Virus record (IMG/VR): IMGVR_UViG_3300022217_000127
Coordinates: 1 to 41,971 of that record
Reading direction: 5' to 3' (one strand)
Origin: a virus
Taxonomy: Duplodnaviria; Caudoviricetes
Length of the DNA: 41,971 nt
This document shows, piece by piece, positions 16,630 to 26,440 of this stretch; within the stretch, counting starts at the first letter, position 1; each line of letters begins with the position of its first letter. The notes below the pieces were generated by a model. The model made no database searches. It had not been told where the DNA came from and worked only from the letters and a program-made list of their open reading frames with translations. Both the position numbers and the translations under genes were made by a program.

Positions 16630-17232
16630 CTATAATCCCTCTGCTTGTCTGAGTTTCCCGCCTGTTGTCCCTGCGTCGTTTGCTAATCCCTGGGTTGAGC
16701 TTGTCTCAACAGCGTCACCTGATGCTAGCGTGAATGTGTTCGCGTCAATATCGCCCTGGTAGATCATCGCCGCATTTACTGCAGCAGGCTTTGCAGACGA
16801 TATGATCCCAGCAAGCAACACAGGATCCAGATCGACTAGAGCGCCCACTATGTTTACATAGAACGAAGCAGGGTAGAAATCCTGGATGTCAACGGAGTTT
16901 GATACCAGCAAGATAACGATCTCAATAATCTCCTCGATCGTCCCGCTAGTTTTGTTGATCAGGATCTTTGCTTTGAGCCCTGCGCGATAATCATCGTCAG
17001 TTCTGCCGTCTCGAGTCTCGCCTATGATCTGGCCTATGCCGTCAAGCTGAACGCCTACTGCGGCGTCAATGGTGCGCTCGTCAATCAGCTCAAAGGCTGC
17101 GTTCTCTGCGTCCTGGATCTGATCGATAAATGGAGCGATGAAAGCTGCAAGGTCAGGCTTACCCTTCAACACCTCGAGCAGATGATCCAGCGCCTCTGCT
17201 GTGTGAGTTGTCTTTTTAGTAAGCTCTGCCAT
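16630..17232 (-). CDS. baseplate wedge protein (DUF2612-like)
   Basis: 'ID.AVG.QLD.IG.I.G..R....DDDYR..LKAKI..N...GT' motif. Confidence 0.8.
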   Translation of the reverse strand: MAELTKKTTHTAEALDHLLEVLKGKPDLAAFIAPFIDQIQDAENAAFELIDERTIDAAVGVQLDGIGQIIGETRDGRTDDDYRAGLKAKILINKTSGTIEEIIEIVILLVSNSVDIQDFYPASFYVNIVGALVDLDPVLLAGIISSAKPAAVNAAMIYQGDIDANTFTLASGDAVETSSTQGLANDAGTTGGKLRQAEGL

Positions 17233-18725
17233 TAGCTGTTTACCACGATATCGCCAGTGTCAAACACAGCGATCTCTCTGTTTTGGATCGTGATGTTAGC
17301 GTCCCCAACAGGCGCAGGTGCTATGCCTATATCGAAGTCTGTTATGTCAATGACTCCATCAACGTCGAATGCCTTACACTTGATAGCCTCTGAGATAACG
17401 TCTCTGCCAATGCCCAGCGCGTTACCGGCAGCAGCGAGAGCAATCTCAACCTGTGCGTCTCCGTCAACTGGATAGATAGGCCCAGCTGCTGGGTCAGTGT
17501 TTACTGTGAGATCAATGTCTATATAGATATCAACCTCTGTTGCTCGGCTAAACCCAATGCTGTGATTGAATCCCTGCGAGTCAACTATGACCTCAACTGT
17601 TGAGCCGTACGCCTGGATCCCTGCTGGCTTTGCGTCAAAGATCGCCTGAGCTACCTCTGCGTCAATGGCAGACGGGCCTCTGATAACAACCTCAAACGCA
17701 TGAGGAGGGACACCACTAGGGTCAGTTGTCTCTGTTGGGTTCTCAAATACAAAGACCTCATCAACGTTAGTGACCTGCAGGACCTTGGAGAGGATAGCCT
17801 CAACGGTAGCTGCGCCTGTAGCTCTGATAAGCTGCTCGCGTCTGAGCCTGAACGCAAAGTCAGTCTCAACGTCAGAGCCTATGATCGCGTCCTCTGAGTT
17901 GAATCCTTTCACTAGCGTTGTGTCAAATCCCAGCTCTGAGTTTGCTGTCCCGCCTGTGACCTGGATAGCGCTCCCTGAGCCGTTCAGGTCTGACTCAATC
18001 CTGACTCTGGTCCCTGCAGCAAAGGCAGCTGCGCCTGTCAGGTCAGTTGTGATCCTGGCTGCAACCTCTGCAGCTGTAGCTGCTCCGGGCGTCCCGAAGT
18101 CTCCGCCGATAAAGTTGACTGTCTGGGTTGTCCCCTCGTCAACCTTGACTGTGAGGGTCTCTCCACCTGATAGGTTGTATGTCTCTGCGCTAGCGCACGT
18201 TAGAGCTGCCTGAGCGCTCCAGCCTGAGACGGGCGTCACGATTGTGTCAACTGTGCCTGAGAATCCTGTCACAGGGCCTGTCTGCTCGCTCTCAGCCTCA
18301 ACTGAGACGGTAGCCTGAAAGCCTGCTGCATTGGTCACAGCTGCAGTTGTAACGAAGCGGTTACCAGCTGCGCCAACAGACACGATCCGGCCAACAGGGA
18401 GCGTTATCCCTCCGTCTAGGCTGATCTGGTCAAGCGTGATCGTTGACTTGCGAGCAACTAGCCTCTCTGCACCTGTGTAGGCTGCAGCGTTATCTAGGGC
18501 GTCCCCTGTTGCTGAGTCTGGGTAGGCTGAGCGGTAGACAGCAGTCAGGACTTCCCATAGCTCTGCAATCTTGTCTGAGAATATGCCTGTGATCTGCCCA
18601 AATACAGACGTTGCTAGCAGGTTAGTCTGCTGACCAAACGAGCTGCGCAGATCGTCTTTGACCTCTCCCTCAACATCGTCCAGTTCCTTCTGAGCAAATC
18701 CTTCGTCTGTAACGCCAAACGCCAT
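17232..18725 (-). CDS. baseplate J-like wedge protein with internal extra domain
   Basis: 'P.SATG.ALD', 'G.D.ETD..FR.R', 'PPH.FEVV', 'I.FSR.T' motifs. Confidence 0.85.
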   Translation of the reverse strand: MAFGVTDEGFAQKELDDVEGEVKDDLRSSFGQQTNLLATSVFGQITGIFSDKIAELWEVLTAVYRSAYPDSATGDALDNAAAYTGAERLVARKSTITLDQISLDGGITLPVGRIVSVGAAGNRFVTTAAVTNAAGFQATVSVEAESEQTGPVTGFSGTVDTIVTPVSGWSAQAALTCASAETYNLSGGETLTVKVDEGTTQTVNFIGGDFGTPGAATAAEVAARITTDLTGAAAFAAGTRVRIESDLNGSGSAIQVTGGTANSELGFDTTLVKGFNSEDAIIGSDVETDFAFRLRREQLIRATGAATVEAILSKVLQVTNVDEVFVFENPTETTDPSGVPPHAFEVVIRGPSAIDAEVAQAIFDAKPAGIQAYGSTVEVIVDSQGFNHSIGFSRATEVDIYIDIDLTVNTDPAAGPIYPVDGDAQVEIALAAAGNALGIGRDVISEAIKCKAFDVDGVIDITDFDIGIAPAPVGDANITIQNREIAVFDTGDIVVNS

Positions 18726-18733
18726 GAGTGCAC

Positions 18734-19105
18734 CTATGGTTGAGGGATGATTAGCTCTCGCTCAAAAGTGAGTGTTCCTGAGGTTGTCTGAGCACTAAAC
18801 GATATGCTGAGCTTTCTCGTTGCGCCCTCATAATCAAGGGTCAGATCGTCTATCGCAACAACTCCGTCAGTTGTGAGGATAGCCTCTCTGAATATCGATC
18901 TTATGACATTGATGTCAGGTGACTTGACTAGGATGTCCTGGAAGTAGGGGATCCCTACTCGCTCGTCGAGAAACCATTCTCCCCTGAATGTCTGCAAGCG
19001 GAGGGTCAGATCCTGCCTGATTGCGTCAAGGCCTGTGATGATCTCTAGATCTCCGTCATCGCCTATGTACAGATCGCCAGTATCTGTCAGTCTCAGGTCT
19101 GCCAT
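18734..19105 (-). CDS. baseplate wedge / sheath initiator (gp25/gp46-like)
   Basis: 'I.Q.L..RL.TF.GEWFLD...GIPY' motif. Confidence 0.85.
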   Translation of the reverse strand: MADLRLTDTGDLYIGDDGDLEIITGLDAIRQDLTLRLQTFRGEWFLDERVGIPYFQDILVKSPDINVIRSIFREAILTTDGVVAIDDLTLDYEGATRKLSISFSAQTTSGTLTFERELIIPQP

Positions 19106-19800
19106 CACTCAGCCTTAACTATGGTTGAACCAACAGCTGCAACGGGATCCGTCAATGCCGCAACGATTGTTGTCTGCAGCGCTGCGCCTCCGTCTGATGC
19201 TCCAGGGACTCCGGCCTTGATTGCGTCAACTATGTCCTGCAGTCCGGCCTCAACCTTTGACGCAAGCGCTAGAGCGTCTGCTGCAGTCTTACTGCCTAAG
19301 TGAATCTCTCCAGACTCGTTGATATGGATCTGAACGCCGTTCTCAATCCCAACAACAAGATCATCAGGATCGAAATCCTTAAGCGCCTTGCTCTCAGGAT
19401 AGCCAGACGGATATGCAACTGCGTCTGTGATATCGAACCTGCGAAAGTCATCCGGGTCCGTCTCCTCGGCATCACCAGCCTTGAAGGCATCCCTGCTTGT
19501 TTCAGTGAATACCAGCTCAACGAGATCCCCTTTTTTGATCGGCCATGTAATAAAGAACTTGCCAGCTCGAGGGAATGCAAGAGGCACGCGAGGGATAATA
19601 GGCAGGCTCTCAGAAACCTCAGAGCCATCCTCATTCGCGAATAGTCTCTTGATCAATGGCTTGACATCAACTGTCTGTGTAGCTGTTTCGACTTTCTCGA
19701 CTCTGCCAGGGATCGAGGTATGCACATCAAGGAGACGAGCCTCAATAGCAGCTCTCAATAGCTCTGCCATGCTTGGAGTTCTGCTTGTCTCGCTAGCCAT
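19105..19800 (-). CDS. baseplate spike (Gp138 N-terminal-like)
   Basis: 'HTSIPG.V', 'VP..FPR.G....TWPI..GD.V.LVF', 'RRFD.TDA'. Confidence 0.85.
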   Translation of the reverse strand: MASETSRTPSMAELLRAAIEARLLDVHTSIPGRVEKVETATQTVDVKPLIKRLFANEDGSEVSESLPIIPRVPLAFPRAGKFFITWPIKKGDLVELVFTETSRDAFKAGDAEETDPDDFRRFDITDAVAYPSGYPESKALKDFDPDDLVVGIENGVQIHINESGEIHLGSKTAADALALASKVEAGLQDIVDAIKAGVPGASDGGAALQTTIVAALTDPVAAVGSTIVKAE

Positions 19801-19824
19801 ATGGATCCCCTGAGTGTCACAGTA

Positions 19825-20688
19825 TCATAAAGGCTTAGCCTCTATAATTGAATACCATTCACCCCCACCAGTGTCCCCAACTATGTCCAACTTCTCTATC
19901 CGATAAAACCCGTCAACCTCAAACTTGTCATCTCGTTTGACTGCTCTGATCTGTACTTTCTTGCCAGGCAATAGCTCAGGCTGCAGGAGTGCTGTTGCTT
20001 TGACTATGCCGTCCTCACCTCTCTCCGGGCTACCTATCAGCCCTGATCCAGGCTGCAGCACTATGACCTCATTAGGATTGACTACTCCCCCAGCTCTCGT
20101 GATTTGCACCTGTCCGTCCTGGATACTCCAGTTGAATCCTGCACGCTTGACGATCTTGTCAAACTGCTCGGGCGCTCTGCCACTGAGAACAAGACCCTTG
20201 ACGAACTCAGTTGCTGATTCTCTCGGCAGTCCTTTGCCCAGCTCGTCTGTAATGTTGCCCAGGCCCAGACCCATAGCCTCTGCAGCTGTCCTAAGCGCGT
20301 CACCCATTGCCGTCCCTTTGTCAAAGGACAGGTTGATCCTTGAGGACCGATATTGCCTACTCCCGTCACTGCTCTGCAGCGTTGTGATCCAATCAGCCCC
20401 GTCTCTCGTTGTGGCGCCATAGTCTAGATCGCCTTTGAAGATCAGGGAGGTGTTGTCAAAGTATCCGGCCTCAATCTCTGTGAGGATCCCTTTCTCCTGC
20501 AACGCGCTTCGTGAGTCCTGGGCTAGATTCCAGATAGTCACCTCTGCAACGTTTGGTTCCTTCTGTAGCGTCTTAGTGATCTTAAACGAGACGCGCAGGA
20601 TAGGCTTTCCTCTGCCTGACTTGGAACGACTAGCGATCCTCAAGCCTCCAGCGTTGATGAGTACTTCTCTGTCAATCAGGTCTGTCAT
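19825..20688 (-). CDS. baseplate hub protein
   Basis: 'F.I.KT....PN.A...IWNL', 'EAGY', 'WSIQDG', 'GLIGSP'. Confidence 0.85.
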   Translation of the reverse strand: MTDLIDREVLINAGGLRIASRSKSGRGKPILRVSFKITKTLQKEPNVAEVTIWNLAQDSRSALQEKGILTEIEAGYFDNTSLIFKGDLDYGATTRDGADWITTLQSSDGSRQYRSSRINLSFDKGTAMGDALRTAAEAMGLGLGNITDELGKGLPRESATEFVKGLVLSGRAPEQFDKIVKRAGFNWSIQDGQVQITRAGGVVNPNEVIVLQPGSGLIGSPERGEDGIVKATALLQPELLPGKKVQIRAVKRDDKFEVDGFYRIEKLDIVGDTGGGEWYSIIEAKPL

Positions 20689-21035
20689 GTGAGCACAGGG
20701 AACAACGGATCAGGAACTTCTGCCTCTGGTAGGTACACAAACAGGATCTCACTCCCTAGGTCCTCAACTCCTGCTCGCCTTGCCTCTCCTGTTAGATCAA
20801 CAGCGTACAGCTCACCAGGAGGCCTAAGCTCACTCGCAACGAGTCTGAGCAATGGCCAGTTAGCGACAACCTTGACGCCTTGCCTAATCACGTTGCCGTC
20901 AACGTCCAGGATGTCAAAGAACCAGGACTGATCCCGATCATTGAACTGCATGCGAAACTGATAGATCGCTCCCTCGAGTTCAATCGTGAATATGTATGTG
21001 GCAGTGTCTGATCTCGCGGGTATGATTAGAGCCAT
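20685..21035 (-). CDS. baseplate plug-like small protein
   Basis: 'F.I.L.G..Y......N.R...W..DI....G'; start at ATG 21035 behind GAGG. Confidence 0.75.
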   Translation of the reverse strand: MALIIPARSDTATYIFTIELEGAIYQFRMQFNDRDQSWFFDILDVDGNVIRQGVKVVANWPLLRLVASELRPPGELYAVDLTGEARRAGVEDLGSEILFVYLPEAEVPDPLFPVLT

Positions 21036-21042
21036 AGTTACC

Positions 21043-21636
21043 TCACCCAGCAACGCCCGTTAAAGATCCTACGATGCTTGTGTTCTGCTGATCGGTTGCT
21101 TCCTTGCCTGTCTGTTTCCCCTTGTTCTGTTTCTTTTTACGGTTCGATTGCTCAGGCTCTGGTGCGTCAGTTGTCTCGGTTGTTGCAATGATCAACTCTC
21201 TCAGCTTGATCGTTGCGTCTATGATCCTTCCTGTGTCCTTGTTTCTGACTACGCTGATCGAAGTCAGGATCATATTGTCAAACTCTCTTAGGGCAGTGAC
21301 GAGCCTGACGGGAACCCTCTCATCCATGATTCTGCGCAGCTCACCATAAGCATCCTCGGCTATGCTCCTGGGAGGAGATCCCTCTCTAATCGATGCTGCT
21401 GCAATGATCGGGTTATTTGATACCCATCCATTGATCTCTACTTCCTCGGGCAGGGAGCGCACGTGATCGGAGATATCGGCGCCCTCCTCTACAGGATGAT
21501 CAGTCAGGACTGCTTGCTTGCTGTAATTCTCTGATATCGAGGCGTCAAACTTAAACAGCGTGATCCCTACTTCCTCGTCAAGCGGATCGTTGAGGGATAC
21601 AGGTTGGCGACGCTTTGCCATCATTGAGATAGTCAT
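21043..21636 (-). CDS. Dit-like tail tube initiator
   Basis: 'FDA...E......TDHPVE.GA.ISDH', 'NM.LTSI'. Confidence 0.85.
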   Translation of the reverse strand: MTISMMAKRRQPVSLNDPLDEEVGITLFKFDASISENYSKQAVLTDHPVEEGADISDHVRSLPEEVEINGWVSNNPIIAAASIREGSPPRSIAEDAYGELRRIMDERVPVRLVTALREFDNMILTSISVVRNKDTGRIIDATIKLRELIIATTETTDAPEPEQSNRKKKQNKGKQTGKEATDQQNTSIVGSLTGVAG

Positions 21637-23168
21637 CGCGTTGCACCTACTGTTGTCAGCTGATTGAGGGTCTGTCTGCGCTCTTGTTCCATAGTATCCT
21701 GGATAGTCTGCTTGAGGCCTTGCTGCACAGCTGCAGGATCCGTTGCTCCGTTGATAGTCACCTCAACCGAGGTGTTTGGTGATGAGTTGATTGATGTCCC
21801 TCCGCCTGCAGCAGCAGGACCTATTGCAGGACGCGCAGCAGGTCCCTCACCAAACACATCAACAGTGAGGCCTTTGAGCTTGCTCGCAATGTTGCCTCCG
21901 AGGAAACCAAAGATCTCTGACAACGGATCCAGGATAGGCTTGAGAGCTGCTAGAACGTTCTCCCCCATTTTGCTGAGGGCGCCTGTGATGCTGTCACCTG
22001 TGAATATATCAATAAAGAACTGGATAAACGTGAAAACCAGATCCTTCATTGTGTCAAATACCGTCATAAACACATCAAGGATCGCAGTGAGCCCTGCCTT
22101 CAATCCTGGAAACTGATCCATCCATTGATCAAACGCAGCAATCAGGGCGCCAGTGAGGGATAGGCCTCCCTCCCTCCATGTCTGAAAGTCCTCGATAATG
22201 AGGCCCACCAGAGCGATCAGCGCTATGATTGACGCTCCAGGCAGGAGCAGCAGCAGAGCAAGGCCTGCAGCAATGAGGCCCAGCTTTAGAAACTTGGTAG
22301 CAACGGGATCTAGGTTGCGCGCCCAATTGATTACGCCTGAGACGATATCGCCGATCACTTTGTTGATCGCGACAATGATACGACCTAGACCCTTGAAGAA
22401 TGCCCCAACCTTTTCCTTGATTATGTCCTTATTGGCTTTCAGAAATGCGATCGTCTGCTCTGTCATCTCATTGAATGCAGGCAGGATACCCTTGGCGATC
22501 GAGAACTTGATCACGTTGTAAGCTTTAGCGAGTCTAAGCTGGTTGTCTGTCAGCTTCACAGAGGCTCTGATCAGGTCCTCATCAAGCAGTCCTAGCTCTC
22601 GAGCCTCCTCCCTCTGTGCCTCAATCGCAGCTGTGCCTTGCTTGAGTAGAGGGAGAAGCGTTGCACCGGATCTACCTAGCAGTGACTGAGCAAGCGCTGT
22701 GCGTTCAGTGTCTGACGTTAGGTTCTGCATTCCGTCTGCAAGCTCAGTGAGCAGAACGTCAGTTGACTTGAGCTGGCCAGATCCATCCTTGACTGAAACC
22801 CCCAGCCTCTGAAAGTCCTTCTGAAACTCCTTTGAGCCCTGAGCAGCCTCTAGCGCATTGCGGGCTAATATCCTGAGAGAGGTCTGCAGGTCTGACGAGG
22901 ATGCACCAGCTAGCCCAGCAGCAAACTCAAGCTCCTGCAGTGCTTGCGTCCCTACGCCTATCTGCTGTGATACCTTATCGAGACGATCGCCTAGCGCTCT
23001 CGTCTCGTCTGCAATCCCTTTGACTATCCCAGCAGCCTTGATGCCAGCAAAGGCAACAGCAGCTAGCTTTGCAACGCTAACGAGCTTTGAGACACCTGTC
23101 TCAGCTTCCTTCTGACTTTTCTTATCTGTCTTGAAACCTAGGACAGCAACTAACTCTCTGACTATCAT
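21633..23168 (-). CDS. tape measure protein (short, 511 aa)
   Basis: 'MIVRELV..LGF' start, Ala/Leu-rich helices, hydrophobic segments; position after chaperones. Confidence 0.85.
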   Translation of the reverse strand: MIVRELVAVLGFKTDKKSQKEAETGVSKLVSVAKLAAVAFAGIKAAGIVKGIADETRALGDRLDKVSQQIGVGTQALQELEFAAGLAGASSSDLQTSLRILARNALEAAQGSKEFQKDFQRLGVSVKDGSGQLKSTDVLLTELADGMQNLTSDTERTALAQSLLGRSGATLLPLLKQGTAAIEAQREEARELGLLDEDLIRASVKLTDNQLRLAKAYNVIKFSIAKGILPAFNEMTEQTIAFLKANKDIIKEKVGAFFKGLGRIIVAINKVIGDIVSGVINWARNLDPVATKFLKLGLIAAGLALLLLLPGASIIALIALVGLIIEDFQTWREGGLSLTGALIAAFDQWMDQFPGLKAGLTAILDVFMTVFDTMKDLVFTFIQFFIDIFTGDSITGALSKMGENVLAALKPILDPLSEIFGFLGGNIASKLKGLTVDVFGEGPAARPAIGPAAAGGGTSINSSPNTSVEVTINGATDPAAVQQGLKQTIQDTMEQERRQTLNQLTTVGATR

Positions 23169-23431
23169 CTGCGTCCCCTGGCTTTGCGCGCGTTGCGTTC
23201 TAACTCTTGATTGCGTTTAAACTCTACATCATCTTGTATATCAAGAATCTCATTGGCGCGCATTACATCGCAGATATCCCAGAACTCGAGGATCTCTCGA
23301 TACCGTGCAATGTTGGATTTGACCAGCCTCAGAATAGGCCAATGAGGGATCAGGTGATCTGGGATTCTGATTGAGCAGCTGCCAGCAGGCCTTTTAATTG
23401 ATCGATAACGGCTGGAGCTGAGTCGAAAAAA
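23165..23431 (-). CDS. tail assembly chaperone C-terminal extension (gpGT-like), reached by -1 frameshift
   Basis: open -1 frame overlapping upstream chaperone from slippery T TTT TTC to ATGA junction with TMP. Confidence 0.75.
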   Translation of the reverse strand, partial: FFRLSSSRYRSIKRPAGSCSIRIPDHLIPHWPILRLVKSNIARYREILEFWDICDVMRANEILDIQDDVEFKRNQELERNARKARGRR

Positions 23432-23814
23432 TCCTGATATTGAACCTTTAGAGCGAACCCTGCCCATTTATACATGAGCCCGATCCGTCCCTGGAATGTT
23501 ATCGCGTAGGTGTCTTTGAGCTTGCCTCCGTCACACACAGTGACAGAAGCTAGCGTCTCCATGATCTGCTTTGTCTTTGAGTGCTCGAGCCTGCGAAAGA
23601 TACCGCCAACAGCTCCAGCTAAACCCTCCTGGATACCTGCAGACTTCTCTCCAGATAGTTCTTTCTTTGCTAGTGCTCCGAACCAGTCCCCAACAGAGGG
23701 GCCTAGTATGTGAGCCAGATCATGCAGGATTGAATCTGCAGCAAAGGGATCGAGCATGAATACCTCAAACTCAACACCCTCAATTGTGGTCTTTTCGCTT
23801 GTGCGCTGTGACAT
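23350..23814 (-). CDS. tail assembly chaperone (gpG-like)
   Basis: between tube and tape measure; ends ...QYQDFF... at slippery site. Confidence 0.8.
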   Translation of the reverse strand: MSQRTSEKTTIEGVEFEVFMLDPFAADSILHDLAHILGPSVGDWFGALAKKELSGEKSAGIQEGLAGAVGGIFRRLEHSKTKQIMETLASVTVCDGGKLKDTYAITFQGRIGLMYKWAGFALKVQYQDFFDSAPAVIDQLKGLLAAAQSESQIT

Positions 23815-23853
23815 ACCGATCCCTTTTTTGGTTTGCCCGTTATGTTAGTTGGA

Positions 23854-24276
23854 TCAGGGAATACCGCCTACAATGATGTCTAGGACATCAGTCTCAAAGA
23901 TCCAGACTCGATTTTCAACCTCTCGCCCGTAGCTGGCTGGGGAGGGTTTCTGGATCCAGGCGCTCTCAGCAGACACGAGATCAACGCCTGACAGATCCTT
24001 GATGAAGAATGGAAACACTCCGTCACCTGACAACTCATCCAGTTTGTATGCAGCAGAGAGCGCTGCGTTGATCAGTGAGGATTGCAGCAACGTGACTGTG
24101 ATGATCCCAGACCTATCGTTACTGATAGCTCGCGCTGCGTTGCCTGCAGAACCTACGGCAAGGTTGACGCTATCGTTGTTGCGCTCAGCCTCGAGGAATA
24201 CTCCATCCGCATATCCATCGAACAGGATAGCTCCCCACGTGGCCAGGACTTTCTTAGGGTTGTATGTAGCTGCCAT
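23854..24276 (-). CDS. tail tube protein (DUF3277-like)
   Basis: 'TYNPK.V', 'G.ITVTLLQSS..N..LS', 'IKDLSG', 'AWI.K'. Confidence 0.85.
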   Translation of the reverse strand: MAATYNPKKVLATWGAILFDGYADGVFLEAERNNDSVNLAVGSAGNAARAISNDRSGIITVTLLQSSLINAALSAAYKLDELSGDGVFPFFIKDLSGVDLVSAESAWIQKPSPASYGREVENRVWIFETDVLDIIVGGIP

Positions 24277-24312
24277 CTCTCGAGCCTCCAGTTAGATTAG
24301 CTTGTGCGTGTG

Positions 24313-25812
24313 TTACGGAGAAACAGAACCCGTCACCTCAACGTTGTGCACTGCGCCTGCGAGTGTCGCGCTAAACGTGATATCTGGCAATACTCGAGTG
24401 CCTCTAGTGGCTGCTGGGATATCTGCAACCAGAGTGACGCTAGTTGTTGGCGCAGGGTCTGTAGCAAAGATCTGGCCTGAGCCTCCTCCAGGAACCGTTG
24501 CGGATACTAAGCGGGCATTAACTGCAGACTGTAGCGAGGCAGCTCCCTGATCTGTGTAGGGGATTTTCTTGGCGGCCTTTAGTACGCCATAGACATCCTC
24601 TGCAATGCGTTGAGCAACAAAGTCAAGGCCGCGCACAGTGTCGATAAACTCACCTTGATGCATAACACCCTCTGCGGTCATGTTCTGACCAGCAACTCGG
24701 ATGTAATGGTTTGCTTTCTTGGCAATGAGCGCAGTGAGTTGACCCTCAGTAAAGGTATCAAAGGCCTGGCCTGCAATGGTCTTGAATTTCCAGGTAGACT
24801 CACCAGGATCATCAGGCAACACCTTGCCAACCCAGCCAGCTACAGCTCCAGTTGCAGGCGTTGAGTGCCAGAGCATACCAGAGCGCTCATAAGCACTGCC
24901 ATTCATTACGCTAGCAACGTCAGTGGTAACAGCTGAATCAAGGACATCTGTGTCCTGGCAGCTCCAGAGGTGAGCACGCTGCAGGGTCTCAATCACTGTT
25001 GCCATAGCAACAGCCTCTGCTTCTCCCGTCCAGTCACCCGTAACTAGATACCAGTCATCTATTACGTTGCGGATGTCAGTGAGGTCTGCGGCGATCCCTG
25101 GATCAGGCGTTGCGTCCTTTGCATCAAAGAGCGTCTTATCAAACGCCAGACCGAAAGGAATATCAGCCTGGGCGATTCCACCAGGCGTTGCAGCAGCCTG
25201 CACATCAACGTCTGTGGTGTTGTCTACTGCTCGCAGATTCTGCTGCAGGCCCTGATGATCCCAAACAACTGAGCCGTCTGTCTGTCCGTCACCTATGCCG
25301 GTCGGGCCTGTTGCGCCTGACGTGCCAGCAGTGACGCAGATATAGACTCGCCCATTGTTGATCACGTGATCCCCAACAACATACGGAGTCAGAGTGACCC
25401 AGGCGTCTTGATCAATGGCTGCAGCAAGGCCTGCTGTGATCTCTGAGACGGTAGGCGTTGAGTCTGAGGTAAAGTCAAAATTAGTCCCGTTGACTGTGAG
25501 CCGATAGAGCGTTGAGGCAACAACGGGAGAGATAGGAGTCATTCCCACGATCTTTGTGGGTTGTCTCGTGCGCTTGCCGAGGACAAACTGCGGCAGCTTA
25601 GGGTCCTGCGCAAACATTGCTTGAGCAAGCACAAGCGCTGGGTCAGAGGTTGTAAACCCGTCTGTGATCATCTCATCAGGGCTACCGTACAGCTTAGCAA
25701 CATCCGGGATCACATCATGGGTAACCATAAGCAGCGGAGTGCCGAAACCTACTCGAGTCAGTGCAGCAGTTGCTCTGGTGATTGTAACGTTGACGATGTT
25801 TTGCAATGACAT
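24313..25812 (-). CDS. contractile tail sheath protein (DUF3383-like)
   Basis: 'IVNV.I', 'GFG.PL', 'PG..TWKFK', 'GEFID..RGLD', 'KIPYTD.G', 'LAGAVH.V'. Confidence 0.9.
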   Translation of the reverse strand: MSLQNIVNVTITRATAALTRVGFGTPLLMVTHDVIPDVAKLYGSPDEMITDGFTTSDPALVLAQAMFAQDPKLPQFVLGKRTRQPTKIVGMTPISPVVASTLYRLTVNGTNFDFTSDSTPTVSEITAGLAAAIDQDAWVTLTPYVVGDHVINNGRVYICVTAGTSGATGPTGIGDGQTDGSVVWDHQGLQQNLRAVDNTTDVDVQAAATPGGIAQADIPFGLAFDKTLFDAKDATPDPGIAADLTDIRNVIDDWYLVTGDWTGEAEAVAMATVIETLQRAHLWSCQDTDVLDSAVTTDVASVMNGSAYERSGMLWHSTPATGAVAGWVGKVLPDDPGESTWKFKTIAGQAFDTFTEGQLTALIAKKANHYIRVAGQNMTAEGVMHQGEFIDTVRGLDFVAQRIAEDVYGVLKAAKKIPYTDQGAASLQSAVNARLVSATVPGGGSGQIFATDPAPTTSVTLVADIPAATRGTRVLPDITFSATLAGAVHNVEVTGSVSP

Positions 25813-25828
25813 GATTTGAGCCTCCAGG

Positions 25829-26440
25829 TTACACAGTAGAGTCTATATCGATCGGTCCTACTGTCAAAGGATTCCCGTCAAATGTTCCTGATACTGTCCC
25901 TGTAACTTCTGCCTTCTGAATGATTTCTATATCCTCAGTGACTGAGGAGGCCAACCCGAATCTGACTTCAAATACTCGCCTGTCAATAAACATATCGGCA
26001 ACTGTCAAGCTAGCGTCAGTTATAGGTAGAGGAGCAATCACAGACAGGCCTGCAGTATCGAGAGGGATCCAGTATTCCTGCAGGTTGAGACTAGCCAGGA
26101 GCTTGCTCGCTAGCGCCTTGCCGTGACACCTGGGATCCTGGTTCTGAGGTGGGCCTACATTGATCTGAGCCTCAAACGTGATCTCTCTCTGTCCTCTGTG
26201 CTCATATTCAAACAGGTCTAGGCCAGCTCCAACATCGTCTAGTTTCTCGGAGATCCGCTTCTCATCCCCTGTGCCTATCTCTGTCGGACCCTCGATAGAC
26301 AGAAGCACGAAAGGATACTCACTCTGAGGCTCTGCCTGATTTGCCCATTGCACATTGATCCCTAGGACATTGTGCACCCAGTCATACAGAGCATCCTCAA
26401 CTGTCTGCCATGAGATAGGTGTATCCAGGTCAATAGCCAT
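25829..26440 (-). CDS. tail terminator / neck protein
   Basis: 'WANQ..P...YPF' motif; directly before sheath. Confidence 0.7.
   Translation of the reverse strand: MAIDLDTPISWQTVEDALYDWVHNVLGINVQWANQAEPQSEYPFVLLSIEGPTEIGTGDEKRISEKLDDVGAGLDLFEYEHRGQREITFEAQINVGPPQNQDPRCHGKALASKLLASLNLQEYWIPLDTAGLSVIAPLPITDASLTVADMFIDRRVFEVRFGLASSVTEDIEIIQKAEVTGTVSGTFDGNPLTVGPIDIDSTV

Noticed and set aside
16630-25812. Tailocin / eCIS / T6SS interpretation of the contractile genes
   Set aside because: Head, packaging and replication genes are all present
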